The notes under the pieces are model-generated. The model saw nothing but the letters and a program-made list of their open reading frames with translations, did no database searches and was not told where the DNA came from. A program made the translations under genes and the position numbers. Positions 9,195 through 18,577 of a stretch of DNA of 64,000 nt are shown here, in pieces. The DNA comes from an uncultured Acidobacteriota bacterium (GTDB lineage Bacteria; Acidobacteriota; Thermoanaerobaculia; Gp7-AA8): assembly GCA_963741955.1 (NCBI GenBank), contig CAVUKB010000005.1, positions 1,024,001 through 1,088,000 of the forward strand, read 5' to 3'. How positions within the stretch are numbered: position 1 is the stretch's first letter; the number at the start of each line of letters is the position of its first letter.

Positions 9195-9287
9195 CTTTTT
9201 CACCTCGTCACATTTCGATCGTCCATCCATCACAGAGCGGCGGTCGTGGCGCTGGATACGCTTCTTCCGGCAGGCGGAGGAGGTTTC

Positions 9288-10643
9288 ATGGACGTGGTGT
9301 GGCTCTCGCGAGTGCAGTTCGCACTCACCGTGATGTTTCACTTCATCTTTCCCCCCATCACCATCGGACTGTCGCTTCTGATCGCATTCATCGAGACCGC
9401 GCGATGGAGAACCGGAAAGGATCTCTACCGCCGGATGTCCGACTTCTGGATCCGCATCTTCGCGGTGAACTTCGTGGTCGGCGTCGCCACCGGCATCGTG
9501 ATGGAGTTCGAGTTCGGTACGAACTGGGCCGGCTACTCGCGCTTCGTCGGCGACATCTTCGGAGCGCCGCTCGCCGCGGAAGGCGTATTCGCGTTCTTCC
9601 TCGAGTCGGGATTCCTCGGACTCCTGATTCTCGGACGGAAACGCATCTCCTCCTTCGTCCGCTGGTTCGCCTCGGTGATGGTCTGCGCCGGCGCGACGCT
9701 CTCCGCTTTCTGGATCATCGTGGCGAACTCCTGGATGCAGACGCCGGCGGGATTCCGCCTCGCGAACGGGCGCGCGGAGCTGATCGATTTCCAGGCCGCG
9801 GTCTTCAATCCCTCCACCCTCCCCCGCTACTTCCACACCATCGCATCCACCTGGGTCGCGTCGGCATTCCTGATGATCGCCATCTCGGCGTGGTACTTCC
9901 TGAGAAACCGCCCGAGCGACGTCGCACGCGCCTCGCTCAAGCTCGGGGTGATCTTCGCCCTGGTCGGAGTGGTCGGAGTCTTCTTCACCGGCGACCGCCA
10001 CGCAAAGCAGGTTGCCCACACCCAGGAGGCGAAATTCGCGGCGATGGAAGGTCTCTACTCCACGACTGAAGGAGCACCCCTGGTGCTCTTCTCGCTGCCA
10101 CCGGGCCAGGACGGGAGGCCGGAGGGGCCGGAGCTGCTGGTCACGCGCCTCACCTCGTTCCTCGCCTTCGGGAACTTCCGCGCTCCGGTGAAAGGACTGA
10201 ACGAATTTCCGCGCGAGCAGTGGCCTCCGGTCGCCCTCACGTTTCTCTCCTTCCACAACATGGTGATCCTCGGGAACCTGATGTTGCTCGAGATCTTCGC
10301 CGGGCTGGTTCTCCTCTGGCGCGGACGGATCGAGCGATCGAGGCGATGGCTCTGGGTGATGGTTTTCTCGGTCGTGGTCCCACACATCGCGATCCAGCTC
10401 GGCTGGATGGCGGCGGAGGCGGGACGTCAGCCGTGGATCGTCTACGGCGTGATGAAAACGGTCGACGCCGCCTCGAGGGTCGTCACGGCTCCCGAGGTGC
10501 TCTTCTCCATCGTGATGTTCTCGGTGATCTACGCGTTGCTGTTCGCTCTCTGGGTGCGGCTGATCTGGAAGGAGATCGCGCACGGCCCGGAGGGAGTCGA
10601 AGAACCGATCACGGCCGGCGGCCTGACGCCGCAGGAGGCATGA
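9288..10643 (+). CDS. cydA: Cytochrome bd ubiquinol oxidase subunit I
   Basis: SRVQFALTVMFHFIF, GVATGIVMEFEFGTNW, EGVFAFFLES, NSWMQTP, KFAAMEG, GWMAAEAGRQPW; RBS GGAGGAGG before ATG 9288. Confidence 0.97.
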   Translation: MDVVWLSRVQFALTVMFHFIFPPITIGLSLLIAFIETARWRTGKDLYRRMSDFWIRIFAVNFVVGVATGIVMEFEFGTNWAGYSRFVGDIFGAPLAAEGVFAFFLESGFLGLLILGRKRISSFVRWFASVMVCAGATLSAFWIIVANSWMQTPAGFRLANGRAELIDFQAAVFNPSTLPRYFHTIASTWVASAFLMIAISAWYFLRNRPSDVARASLKLGVIFALVGVVGVFFTGDRHAKQVAHTQEAKFAAMEGLYSTTEGAPLVLFSLPPGQDGRPEGPELLVTRLTSFLAFGNFRAPVKGLNEFPREQWPPVALTFLSFHNMVILGNLMLLEIFAGLVLLWRGRIERSRRWLWVMVFSVVVPHIAIQLGWMAAEAGRQPWIVYGVMKTVDAASRVVTAPEVLFSIVMFSVIYALLFALWVRLIWKEIAHGPEGVEEPITAGGLTPQEA

Positions 10644-10644
10644 G

Positions 10645-11664
10645 ATGCTGGATCTTCAAACGACGTGGTTTCTCCTCATCGGAGTCCTCCTGATCGGCTA
10701 TGCGGTCCTCGACGGCTTCGACCTCGGCGTGGGGATGCTGCACCTCTTCATCGCGAAGGACGACCGCGAGCGCCGGATTCTTCTCAACTCGGTCGGTCCG
10801 GTGTGGGACGGGAACGAAGTGTGGCTGCTGACCGGAGGCGGCGCGATCTTCGCGGCGTTCCCGAAGGTGTATGCCACGGTCTTCTCCGGGTTCTATCTCG
10901 CGCTGATGCTTCTTCTTCTCGCGCTGATGTTCCGGGCGGTGTCGCTGGAGTTCCGCGGGAAGGAAGAGTCGTCCGTCTGGCGCTCCTTCTGGGATTCGGC
11001 GTTCGCCATCGGCTCGTTTCTCCCGGCGCTTCTCTTCGGTGTCGCGCTCGGCAACATCCTGCGGGGCGTTCCGCTCGCGGCGGATCAGGAGTTCGCCGGG
11101 ACGTTTCTGGGACTCCTCAATCCGTTCGCGCTGATGGTCGGCGTGCTGTCGGTCCTCCTCTTCCTGATTCACGGAGCGAGCTGGCTGGTGTTGAAGACCG
11201 AAGGGGATCTGCAGCGTCGGGCAGCGAACGTCGCCCGATTTTCGTGGCTGCTGTTCGTCGCGGCGTGGGTGCTGACCACGGTCGCGGCACGGTTCTTCGC
11301 TCCGCACCTCTGGCAGATGTACCACCACGCAGTGGCGTGGATCGTCCCGACGCTCTTCGTCGCGTCGACGCTCGGGTTCATGTTCACGCTGCGGCGCGGG
11401 CGGAGAGGACTGCAGTTCCTCTTCTCGTCGGTGTCGATCGCGATGCTGCTGGGGATCGTGGGACAGGGGCTCTATCCGAACATGGTGCCCGCGCTGGGCG
11501 ACGCGGAGAGGAGTCTGACGATCTACAACGCGTCGTCGACGCATGGAACGCTGCAGGTGATGCTGGCGATCGCGCTGATCGGCATGCCGATCGTGCTCGC
11601 GTATACGATCTTCATCTACCGGAGCTTCCGAGGACCGGTGGTGCTGGACGAACAGAGTTACTGA
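10645..11664 (+). CDS. cydB: Cytochrome bd ubiquinol oxidase subunit II
   Basis: YAVLDGFDLGVG, GPVWDGNEVWL, FAAFPKVYA, LTIYNASS; directly follows cydA. Confidence 0.97.
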   Translation: MLDLQTTWFLLIGVLLIGYAVLDGFDLGVGMLHLFIAKDDRERRILLNSVGPVWDGNEVWLLTGGGAIFAAFPKVYATVFSGFYLALMLLLLALMFRAVSLEFRGKEESSVWRSFWDSAFAIGSFLPALLFGVALGNILRGVPLAADQEFAGTFLGLLNPFALMVGVLSVLLFLIHGASWLVLKTEGDLQRRAANVARFSWLLFVAAWVLTTVAARFFAPHLWQMYHHAVAWIVPTLFVASTLGFMFTLRRGRRGLQFLFSSVSIAMLLGIVGQGLYPNMVPALGDAERSLTIYNASSTHGTLQVMLAIALIGMPIVLAYTIFIYRSFRGPVVLDEQSY

Positions 11665-11875
11665 GGGGAGTTGCGCGATTTGCGCGATTTGCGCGATTTG
11701 GAGACCCCACGGTCACTCGGCCGAGGGGCGGCGGATCCTCTGATCCGCCGCGAAGTTCGTGTTCGAGAGCGATGAGACCATGCCTCTGGCAGAAGCGGAG
11801 CGCTCTTTGCGCTGATCCACCCTGTGACGAACGCTTCGCGCGTTGCCCTATCGACGGCGTTCGTCCGCTTCGACA

Positions 11876-12521
11876 CGATCTGCGCGGCGGATCCCGCAGG
11901 GCGGGATCCGCACCTCATGGCTCGCTGCGCTCGCTGTTGCGACCGGGACGGTCGCACCACCTGCGGATTTTTCGGTCCCTGCCGGATCGTGTTCGTGCGC
12001 GACGAGACACGATCTGCGCGGCGGATCCCGCAGGCTGGGATCCGCGCACCATCGCTCGCTGCGCTCGCCGTTGCGACCGGGACGGTCGCACCACCTGCGG
12101 ATTTTCGGTCCGCCGCCGGATCGTGTTCGTGCGCGATGAGATCGATCTACGCGGCGGATCCCGCAGGGCGGGATCCGCACCTCATGGCTCGCTGCGCTCG
12201 CCGTTGCGACCGGGACGGTCGCACCACCCCCGGATTCTCGGTCCGCCGCCGGATCGTGTTCGTGCGCGATGAGATCGATCTACGCGGCGGATCCCGCAGG
12301 GCGGGATCCGCACCTCATGGCTCGCTGCGCTCGCCGTTGCGACCGGGACGGTCGCACCACCTGCGGATTTTTCGGTCCCTGCCGGATCGTGTTCGTGCGC
12401 GATGAGACCGATCTAAGCGGCGGAGCCCGCAGGGCGGGATCCGCGCCCCATGGCTCGCTGCGCTCGCCGTTGCGACCGGGACGGTCGCACCACCCCCGGA
12501 CTTTCGGTCCGCCGCCGGATC
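11876..12521. repeat. Tandem array of five ~133-bp REP-like units, each with two hairpins
   Basis: Anchor GACCGGGACGGTCGCACCAC at 11941, 12075, 12208, 12341 and 12474; hairpins GCGGATCCCGC-AGG-GCGGGATCCGC and TGCGACCG-GGA-CGGTCGCA. Confidence 0.95.
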
Positions 12522-12524
12522 GCG

Positions 12525-12713
12525 TCAGCGGCGCTTCTTTCGCCGGCGGCGGCGTTTCTCGGGGACCGATTCGGGGTCGAAGGCTTCGTCGCGACGGGAG
12601 CCGTGGTCGCGCTCGCGCGGCTCTTCCTCCTTCTCGAGATACTCCTTCATCGGACGGATCGCGCGCTCGTATTCTTCGGTGCCGGTCTGCAGTTCCTTGT
12701 CGTATTTCGTCAC
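12525..12713 (-). CDS. Small charged hypothetical protein (62 aa)
   Basis: RBS GGAGG then GTG; MTKYDKELQTGTEEYERAIRPMKEYLEKEEE...RRRRRKKRR. Confidence 0.5.
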   Translation of the reverse strand: MTKYDKELQTGTEEYERAIRPMKEYLEKEEEPRERDHGSRRDEAFDPESVPEKRRRRRKKRR

Positions 12714-12811
12714 CGGAATGCGCCTCCATTCGAATTGCGTGCGACGGAAATACAAGCGCGGTCGCATCTCGAATTCGAATCCCAGGCAGCGCCGGTGTCA
12801 AGCACAGCAGG

Positions 12812-12940
12812 AGCATCTGATATCTGATATCTATGATCTGATATCTATTATTATCTGTTGCCTATCTGGTTATCTTATACCTGCGTAAGTTTTCATGCAG
12901 ATATCAGATAACAGATAAGCGATAATCGATATCAGATGCT
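12812..12940. repeat. AT-rich inverted heptamer (ATCTGAT-type) element
   Basis: Perfect 13-bp ends AGCATCTGATATC / GATATCAGATGCT with degenerate 7-mers inside; ends 1 bp from the pit stop codon. Confidence 0.8.
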
Positions 12941-12941
12941 T

Positions 12942-13934
12942 TCAGCTCGCGCCGAGGAGCTTGATCAGCCAGAAGGTTCCCGCACCGATTGCCGCAGCGC
13001 CCGGAATGGTCAGGACCCAGGCCCAGACGATCTGCCCCGCCACTCCCCAGCGAACCGCCGAGAGGCGCCGGGTCGCGCCGACACCGACGATCGATCCGGT
13101 GATCGCGTGGGTGGTGCTGACCGGGATTCCGAATTGAGTGGCAGTAAAGATGGCGATCGCCGCCCCGGTCTCGGCGGCGAAGCCGTGCACCGGCTGCAGC
13201 TTGGTGATTTTCGATCCCATGGTGTGGATGATCCGCCATCCGCCGGCGAGAGTGCCGAGCGCGATTGCAGTGTGCGCCGCGAGAATGACCCAGAACGGAA
13301 CGTGGAATGTCTTGATGTAGCCGGCCGAGAGGAGCAGACCGGTGATGATTCCCATCGTTTTCTGAGCGTCGTTGGCGCCGTGGTTGAGACTGAAGAGAGC
13401 GGCGGACAGAAGCTGGAGCTTCCGGAACCAACGGTCGACCCTGCTTGGTGGCCGGTGCTGGAAGATCCAGTAGATGGCAGTCATCAACGCCAGTCCCGCG
13501 ACGAGACCGATCAGGGGTGAGACGACGATGAAGACCAGCGTCTTGGTCCATCCTCCCGGGATGATCGCGCTGAATCCGACCCGCGCCACCGCCGCTCCGC
13601 CGTAGCCTCCGATCAGAGCGTGAGAGGAACTGGTCGGAAGTCCGAAGTACCAGGTCAGCAGATCCCAGACGATCGCGCCGGTGAGACCGGCGAAGACCAC
13701 CCCGAACGTGACCGCGTCGACATTGATCATCTCGCTGCCGATGGTCTTCGCGACGGCCGTACCGAACATGAAAGCCGCGACGAAATTGAAGAACGCGGCC
13801 CAGATCACCGCCTGCCCGGGAGAGAGCACACGAGTGGAGACCACGGTCGCGATGGAGTTCGCGGCATCATGGAAACCATTGATGTAATCGAAGAAGAGTG
13901 CAACCGCAATGAGACCGACGACGACGTAGATCAT
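12942..13934 (-). CDS. pit: Inorganic phosphate transporter, PiT family
   Basis: NGFHDAANSIATVVSTR, GLPTSSSHAL, HGANDAQKTMG and PVSTTH signatures. Confidence 0.95.
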   Translation of the reverse strand: MIYVVVGLIAVALFFDYINGFHDAANSIATVVSTRVLSPGQAVIWAAFFNFVAAFMFGTAVAKTIGSEMINVDAVTFGVVFAGLTGAIVWDLLTWYFGLPTSSSHALIGGYGGAAVARVGFSAIIPGGWTKTLVFIVVSPLIGLVAGLALMTAIYWIFQHRPPSRVDRWFRKLQLLSAALFSLNHGANDAQKTMGIITGLLLSAGYIKTFHVPFWVILAAHTAIALGTLAGGWRIIHTMGSKITKLQPVHGFAAETGAAIAIFTATQFGIPVSTTHAITGSIVGVGATRRLSAVRWGVAGQIVWAWVLTIPGAAAIGAGTFWLIKLLGAS

Positions 13935-13938
13935 GACC

Positions 13939-14556
13939 TCAGCCGTGCTTCACGACGATGTTCTCGACCAGGTTCGCAACGTCCTCTGCCCGATCGGTCG
14001 TTTCTTCAAGGAGACGGTAGACTTCCCGCCATTTGATGATCTCGATCGGGTCCTTCTCCTCGCGGAAAAGACGTCCGACCGATTCGCGATAGATGCCGTC
14101 CGCTTCCTGCTCCAGCCGGTTGATCTCGATGGCCCGATCCATCACTCCGGTGCGCCGGTCGAGAGCCGCCATCGCGCGATGGATCTCTTCGCACTGCGCG
14201 GTGATCACGCGTGTGAGCCCCGCCAGCCCCGGCCGCAATCTGCGGATCTCGTAAAGTGGGAAGAGCGCTGCCGCGGCGTCCATCACGTCCATCACGTCGT
14301 CCAGTGCGAGCGCGAGCGAGTGGATGTCCTCGCGATCGATCGGAGTGACGAACGTCTGGTTCAAGCGCCGGATGATCTCGTGCGTCACGTGATCGCACTC
14401 GTGCTCCAGCGCCTTGATCTCCGGCGCACGGCTGAAGTCGGGGGGATCCGACCCCAGCATCTCTTCGAGTATCTTCGCCGCCTTCCCGAGCTGCGCGGCC
14501 ATGGTCATGAAGTCGTCGAAAAACTTCACGTCTTTCGGGATCAGCCGAAAGCCCAT
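13939..14556 (-). CDS. DUF47 family phosphate transport regulator (Pit accessory)
   Basis: IKALEHECD, LNQTFVTPIDREDI, LEQEAD, IKWREVY..LE..TDRAEDVAN; adjacent to pit. Confidence 0.92.
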   Translation of the reverse strand: MGFRLIPKDVKFFDDFMTMAAQLGKAAKILEEMLGSDPPDFSRAPEIKALEHECDHVTHEIIRRLNQTFVTPIDREDIHSLALALDDVMDVMDAAAALFPLYEIRRLRPGLAGLTRVITAQCEEIHRAMAALDRRTGVMDRAIEINRLEQEADGIYRESVGRLFREEKDPIEIIKWREVYRLLEETTDRAEDVANLVENIVVKHG

Positions 14557-14565
14557 CGATTCACC

Positions 14566-15270
14566 TCACCCTGGTTCCTGATTCGGGGAGTGCGATCCGC
14601 GCTTCAGCAGTTCGGACTCCGCCATGTGTTTGATCGAACGACCTTCGACGAGGTACACCACCATCTCGGCGATGTTGGTCGCCCCGTCCGCCATCCTCTC
14701 GAAGTACTTCCCGATGAACGTGAGCCGGATTGCCCTCGAGATGTTCCTCGGATCCTCGAGCATGTACGTGAGCAGCTCGCGGAAGACCACCTCGGTGAGA
14801 CGATCCACGTCGTCGTCCCGGCGAATCACGTCTCGAGCGAGATCCGCATCGAGTTTCACGAACGAATCGATCGAGAGCTTCACCATCTCCTGCGCATTCG
14901 AAGCGAGGACCGGCAGATCGATGAACGGCTTGAGCTGCGGCTCGCGGTTCAGCTCCACCGCACGCTCGCAGACGTCCTGGGCGAGATCGGCGATCCGCTC
15001 CAGCTCCGGGGTGATCTTCATGATCGCCGCGATCGCGCGAAGGTCCACCGCCGTTGGTTGCACGGTCGCTATCAGCTCCATCGTTTTCGCGTCGATCTCC
15101 AGCTCGAGACGATCGATCACGTCGTCTTCACCGATCACCCGTTCCGCCAGCTCGGAATCGCGCTCGAGGAGGGCCTGAATCGATCGTTCCATCGCTCGCT
15201 GGACGAGCGCGCCCATCTCGAGCAGGTGCTGCTCGAGCTCCTCGATCTCTTTTTCGAAGTGCCGTTTCAT
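14566..15270 (-). CDS. phoU: Phosphate signalling complex protein PhoU
   Basis: QPTAVDLR, KITPELERIADLA, DDDVD, KYFERMADGATNIAEMVVYLVEG. Confidence 0.95.
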   Translation of the reverse strand: MKRHFEKEIEELEQHLLEMGALVQRAMERSIQALLERDSELAERVIGEDDVIDRLELEIDAKTMELIATVQPTAVDLRAIAAIMKITPELERIADLAQDVCERAVELNREPQLKPFIDLPVLASNAQEMVKLSIDSFVKLDADLARDVIRRDDDVDRLTEVVFRELLTYMLEDPRNISRAIRLTFIGKYFERMADGATNIAEMVVYLVEGRSIKHMAESELLKRGSHSPNQEPG

Positions 15271-15318
15271 CCCTCCGCGCCTCCGAAGCCCAGGAGATCC
15301 CGAAACGGCATCTGCTGC

Positions 15319-16284
15319 TCAGTGACCGCCGGCATATTTCTTCTCTCCTGCGGTGATGTCGAGCGGCAGCCGGTTCTCCGGGGGAGGAAGCGGGCAGGTC
15401 GCGAACTCGGTGAACGCACACGGGGGGTTGTACGCCTTGTTGAAGTCGAGGATGGTCGTTCCATCCGGACCGGGAGGCGCCGCGTAAAGATACCGCCCCG
15501 CTCCATACGTCTCTTTTCCGCTGGTCCGGTCCGCGACGATGATGAACAGGTCCGTCGTCCCCTCTTCGTTGACCGGATCGATCCGGTAGGTCTTCCCGTC
15601 GCGTTCGAATTCGAGCGCGCCGGGTGAGCTCATGTTCTCCACCATCCCGAGCACGTTCACGATGGCGATCTTCTTCGGCGGGTCGTACGGGAGGAACCGC
15701 GCGCGGAAGCGCCACGAGGGATCGATCGGAAAATAGTCGAGGCCACGAAATCCGGTCCGCGTCTGACTGAGGCTGTTCTTGACCCGGATGGCGATCTTCC
15801 CGCCGCGCTCGATCGGATAGAACTGCAGCGTCCCGAGCTGCAACGCAGTCGGATTCCCGGAGGCATCCGTCGCGAGGTCGAGCTCCGTCACCGGAGCGCC
15901 GTCGCGAGTCACTCCGGCATTCGGAGCGGCCTTGAAATGGATTTTCCCGTCCTGAACCAGGAAGGTGCCGACGTCGGGCGGTGCGGCGTTCTTCGGGAGC
16001 TCGACGACGCTTCCGTCCTTCGATCCGACCGAGTTGGCGCCGGGCTGCAGCCAGTAGAGGCCGATCAGAGTCAGCCAGCCGTCTTCGCTGGTGAGCGAAG
16101 CCAGGCGGTCGGAACGCCACTTCTCGATCTCTTTCTGGTACGCCGCATCGGGCGCCGGCTTGAATGCTGCGCGGTCGACCCGGTCTGGCCCCGGCTCACG
16201 GTTACACGACGCGATCGTCAGGATGACTCCACACGCCAGAGTCACGGTCCCCAGACCGGCGATCACATCTTTCCATCGCATCAT
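15319..16284 (-). CDS. DUF1684 domain lipoprotein
   Basis: GWLTLIGL, DRTSGKETYGAGRYL, LDFNKAYNPPCAFTEFATCPLPPPENRL; RBS AAGGAG before ATG 16284; lipobox-like IASC. Confidence 0.88.
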   Translation of the reverse strand: MMRWKDVIAGLGTVTLACGVILTIASCNREPGPDRVDRAAFKPAPDAAYQKEIEKWRSDRLASLTSEDGWLTLIGLYWLQPGANSVGSKDGSVVELPKNAAPPDVGTFLVQDGKIHFKAAPNAGVTRDGAPVTELDLATDASGNPTALQLGTLQFYPIERGGKIAIRVKNSLSQTRTGFRGLDYFPIDPSWRFRARFLPYDPPKKIAIVNVLGMVENMSSPGALEFERDGKTYRIDPVNEEGTTDLFIIVADRTSGKETYGAGRYLYAAPPGPDGTTILDFNKAYNPPCAFTEFATCPLPPPENRLPLDITAGEKKYAGGH

Positions 16285-16411
16285 TCGGCGCTCCTTTTCC
16301 GGGCGTGAGCCGCACGCGGAGTCTATCACCGCGCGAGGACAATTTACCCTGAACCCAGCCTGTTCCATCATCCTCGCAGGGGTGGAAGAGTCCTGCACAT
16401 CGTAGCGAAGC

Positions 16412-17242
16412 TCACTTCCCCACCAGACTGCGGAACTGTTTCAGGTGGTAGAGAGCCTTCCTTCCTTCGCCGCTCTTCTCGTAGAGGAGCGAAAGGTTGT
16501 AGTGGGCGTCGGCGAGCGCGGGATCCGCGTCGAGGCTCAGGAGATAATGCTCGATCGCACCGCGCGTCTCTCCCCGATCCTGGAGTACCACGCCGAGGTT
16601 GAACTCGATCGTCATATCTCCGGGGCGGGACCGCCGGGCGCTCCGGTAGTGGTCCTCTGCCGCCGCGAGATCACCTCGCTCGTGGAGCAGTCGCCCCAGG
16701 TTCAGGTGTGCATCCGCGTGGCCGGGATCGATCTCCAGCGCCCTCCGGTATGCGTCCGACGCGTCGGATGAACCGGTCATTTCGAGTCCGCAGCCCAACT
16801 CGTACCAGCCGTCTGCGTCGAGATCGTCTTCGCCACTCCGGGCGCGATCTGCGGCGCGGCGGACAACGGGTTCGGCGCGCCGGGCGAGATCCGCGACCGC
16901 GAAATCGAACAGCACCTGACCCGATTCCGGGCTCCAGAGCGCTCCGTCGTCCTGCACCACCACCCGGTCCCCGGCAGCGGCGATGCGGACCGCAGTCAGC
17001 GGCCGGCCGGCCGGCAGACGCCGCCGAAGCGCTTCGAGCGCAGCGCGGATACGTCGGGCCGGCACGTTCGCAGCCCTCAGCTCACGCGCCGTACGCAACA
17101 TCACCAGATCGTGAAAATCGAAACGATACTCGCCGCGACTCCCCCGCTCCACCGTCACGAGGCCACTCCGCGCGAACGCCCGAACCTCCGCCGGAGTGAC
17201 TCCGAGCATCTCCGCAACTTCGCGTGACGTGTAGCCTTTCAT
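16412..17242 (-). CDS. MerR-type HTH + TPR-repeat protein
   Basis: YTSREVAEMLG..YRFDFHDLVMLR N-terminus; TPRs (AYRRALEIDP, AHLNLGRLL, AHYNL). Confidence 0.85.
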   Translation of the reverse strand: MKGYTSREVAEMLGVTPAEVRAFARSGLVTVERGSRGEYRFDFHDLVMLRTARELRAANVPARRIRAALEALRRRLPAGRPLTAVRIAAAGDRVVVQDDGALWSPESGQVLFDFAVADLARRAEPVVRRAADRARSGEDDLDADGWYELGCGLEMTGSSDASDAYRRALEIDPGHADAHLNLGRLLHERGDLAAAEDHYRSARRSRPGDMTIEFNLGVVLQDRGETRGAIEHYLLSLDADPALADAHYNLSLLYEKSGEGRKALYHLKQFRSLVGK

Positions 17243-17434
17243 CGCCGTCGGTCCCTGGACCCGGAGACCCGAAGGTCACCTCGTGAGATCTTTGCACAGC
17301 CGCCACTCCGGAGAGAAGTCGTGGACGGTTCGCTCCCGGCACTCGTATGACAGGCATCCGGGATCCGACATGTGGTATCTCTGGAACCCGCTCTCGGAGA
17401 TCGTGTCCGGAAAGTCAACTCGAGGAGAACCCCT

Positions 17435-18520
17435 ATGCGCTCGATATTCACCGCAGCCGCCGCACTCATCCTTCTCTCTGCGCCCCTCGCTCTCGGCAGC
17501 AGCATCGACTTCGTGATCCCCGCCGCGGGAACGGGCGCCGGGGCCGGAGGGAGCCGGTGGCAGAGTGAGATCACCCTTCACAACGTCAGTCCCTCCCCGA
17601 TCGAACTGACCATGACGCTCCACGACGGGAACGGAGCCGGCCCCGCGGTCACCCGGACGCTGCCGGCCAACGCGACAGTCTCGTATCCCGACATTTTCAA
17701 GAACACCTTCAATCGCGACTCCGGAACGGGCGCCATCGCGATCGACCTCGCCGACGATTCTGTGGTACGGAAGATCGCCATCGCCAGCCGCACGTTCAAC
17801 AAATCCGGCGATGGCGAATACGGGCAGGACATTCCGGCGGTCATCGTCAACGAAGCACTCCTTCCCGGTTCAACCGGCGTGCTCGTCGCCCCCTCGGATG
17901 TGGTGAACTTCCGCTACAACTTCGGCATCTTCGCCCTCGCCGAATCCGACGTCATCTGGAAAGTCGTACGGAAGGATGGGAAGATCGTTTCCCAGGTCGC
18001 CGGACACTACAACGCGGGAGTTCAGGTTCAGTACAACGGCGGGGTCCAGAATTTTCTGGGACAGCCTCCGGAAGACAACGACACGATCCGGGTATACGTG
18101 CAGAGCGGCTCGGTCATGATCTACGGAAGCATCGTCGATCAGAGAACGGGCGACCCGACGTACGTTCCGATGGTGCGGACCCGCATCAACGGGACGCTCG
18201 AGTTTCTCGGCGTCGACATGAACGAAGATGGACTGGCCGACAACGAGGACCTGAACTACGACGGTACCCTCGACAAGCCGATCGACATCTTCACCGGGAG
18301 TTTTCCGAACTTCTTCCGCGTGATCGCCAACGACCCCGACGGCAATCCCATCACGTACACCATCGTCGATCCAACCACGGATATGCGGTTGATCGACGAT
18401 CAGGGGACCGTGCAGTGGGTACCGTTCACCGGCCTCGCCGGAACGATGGGCGAGATCCGCCTCCACGCGACGAGCGGCGGCGAGAGCGCGGAGCTGATCG
18501 TCCCGGTCCGGTTTCGATAG
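17435..18520 (+). CDS. Secreted hypothetical protein (beta-rich, C-terminal Ig-like region)
   Basis: RBS GAGGAG, signal peptide, VIPAAG..G..GSRWQSEITLHN; DxNxDG-type repeats; DPDGNPITY. Confidence 0.75.
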   Translation: MRSIFTAAAALILLSAPLALGSSIDFVIPAAGTGAGAGGSRWQSEITLHNVSPSPIELTMTLHDGNGAGPAVTRTLPANATVSYPDIFKNTFNRDSGTGAIAIDLADDSVVRKIAIASRTFNKSGDGEYGQDIPAVIVNEALLPGSTGVLVAPSDVVNFRYNFGIFALAESDVIWKVVRKDGKIVSQVAGHYNAGVQVQYNGGVQNFLGQPPEDNDTIRVYVQSGSVMIYGSIVDQRTGDPTYVPMVRTRINGTLEFLGVDMNEDGLADNEDLNYDGTLDKPIDIFTGSFPNFFRVIANDPDGNPITYTIVDPTTDMRLIDDQGTVQWVPFTGLAGTMGEIRLHATSGGESAELIVPVRFR

Positions 18521-18521
18521 A

Positions 18522-18548
18522 GGGTCGGGGGTCGGGGCTCGGGGCTCG
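18522..18548. repeat. Heptamer tract (GGGTCGG/GGCTCGG)x~4
   Basis: Directly after the stop at 18520. Confidence 0.65.
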
Positions 18549-18577
18549 CTCCTCTCCCATGCGACAATACCCCTCTC

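Noticed and set aside
11665-11875. cydX-like small subunit after cydB
   Set aside because: No short hydrophobic ORF with an RBS was found; the region is nonamer repeats and hairpins.
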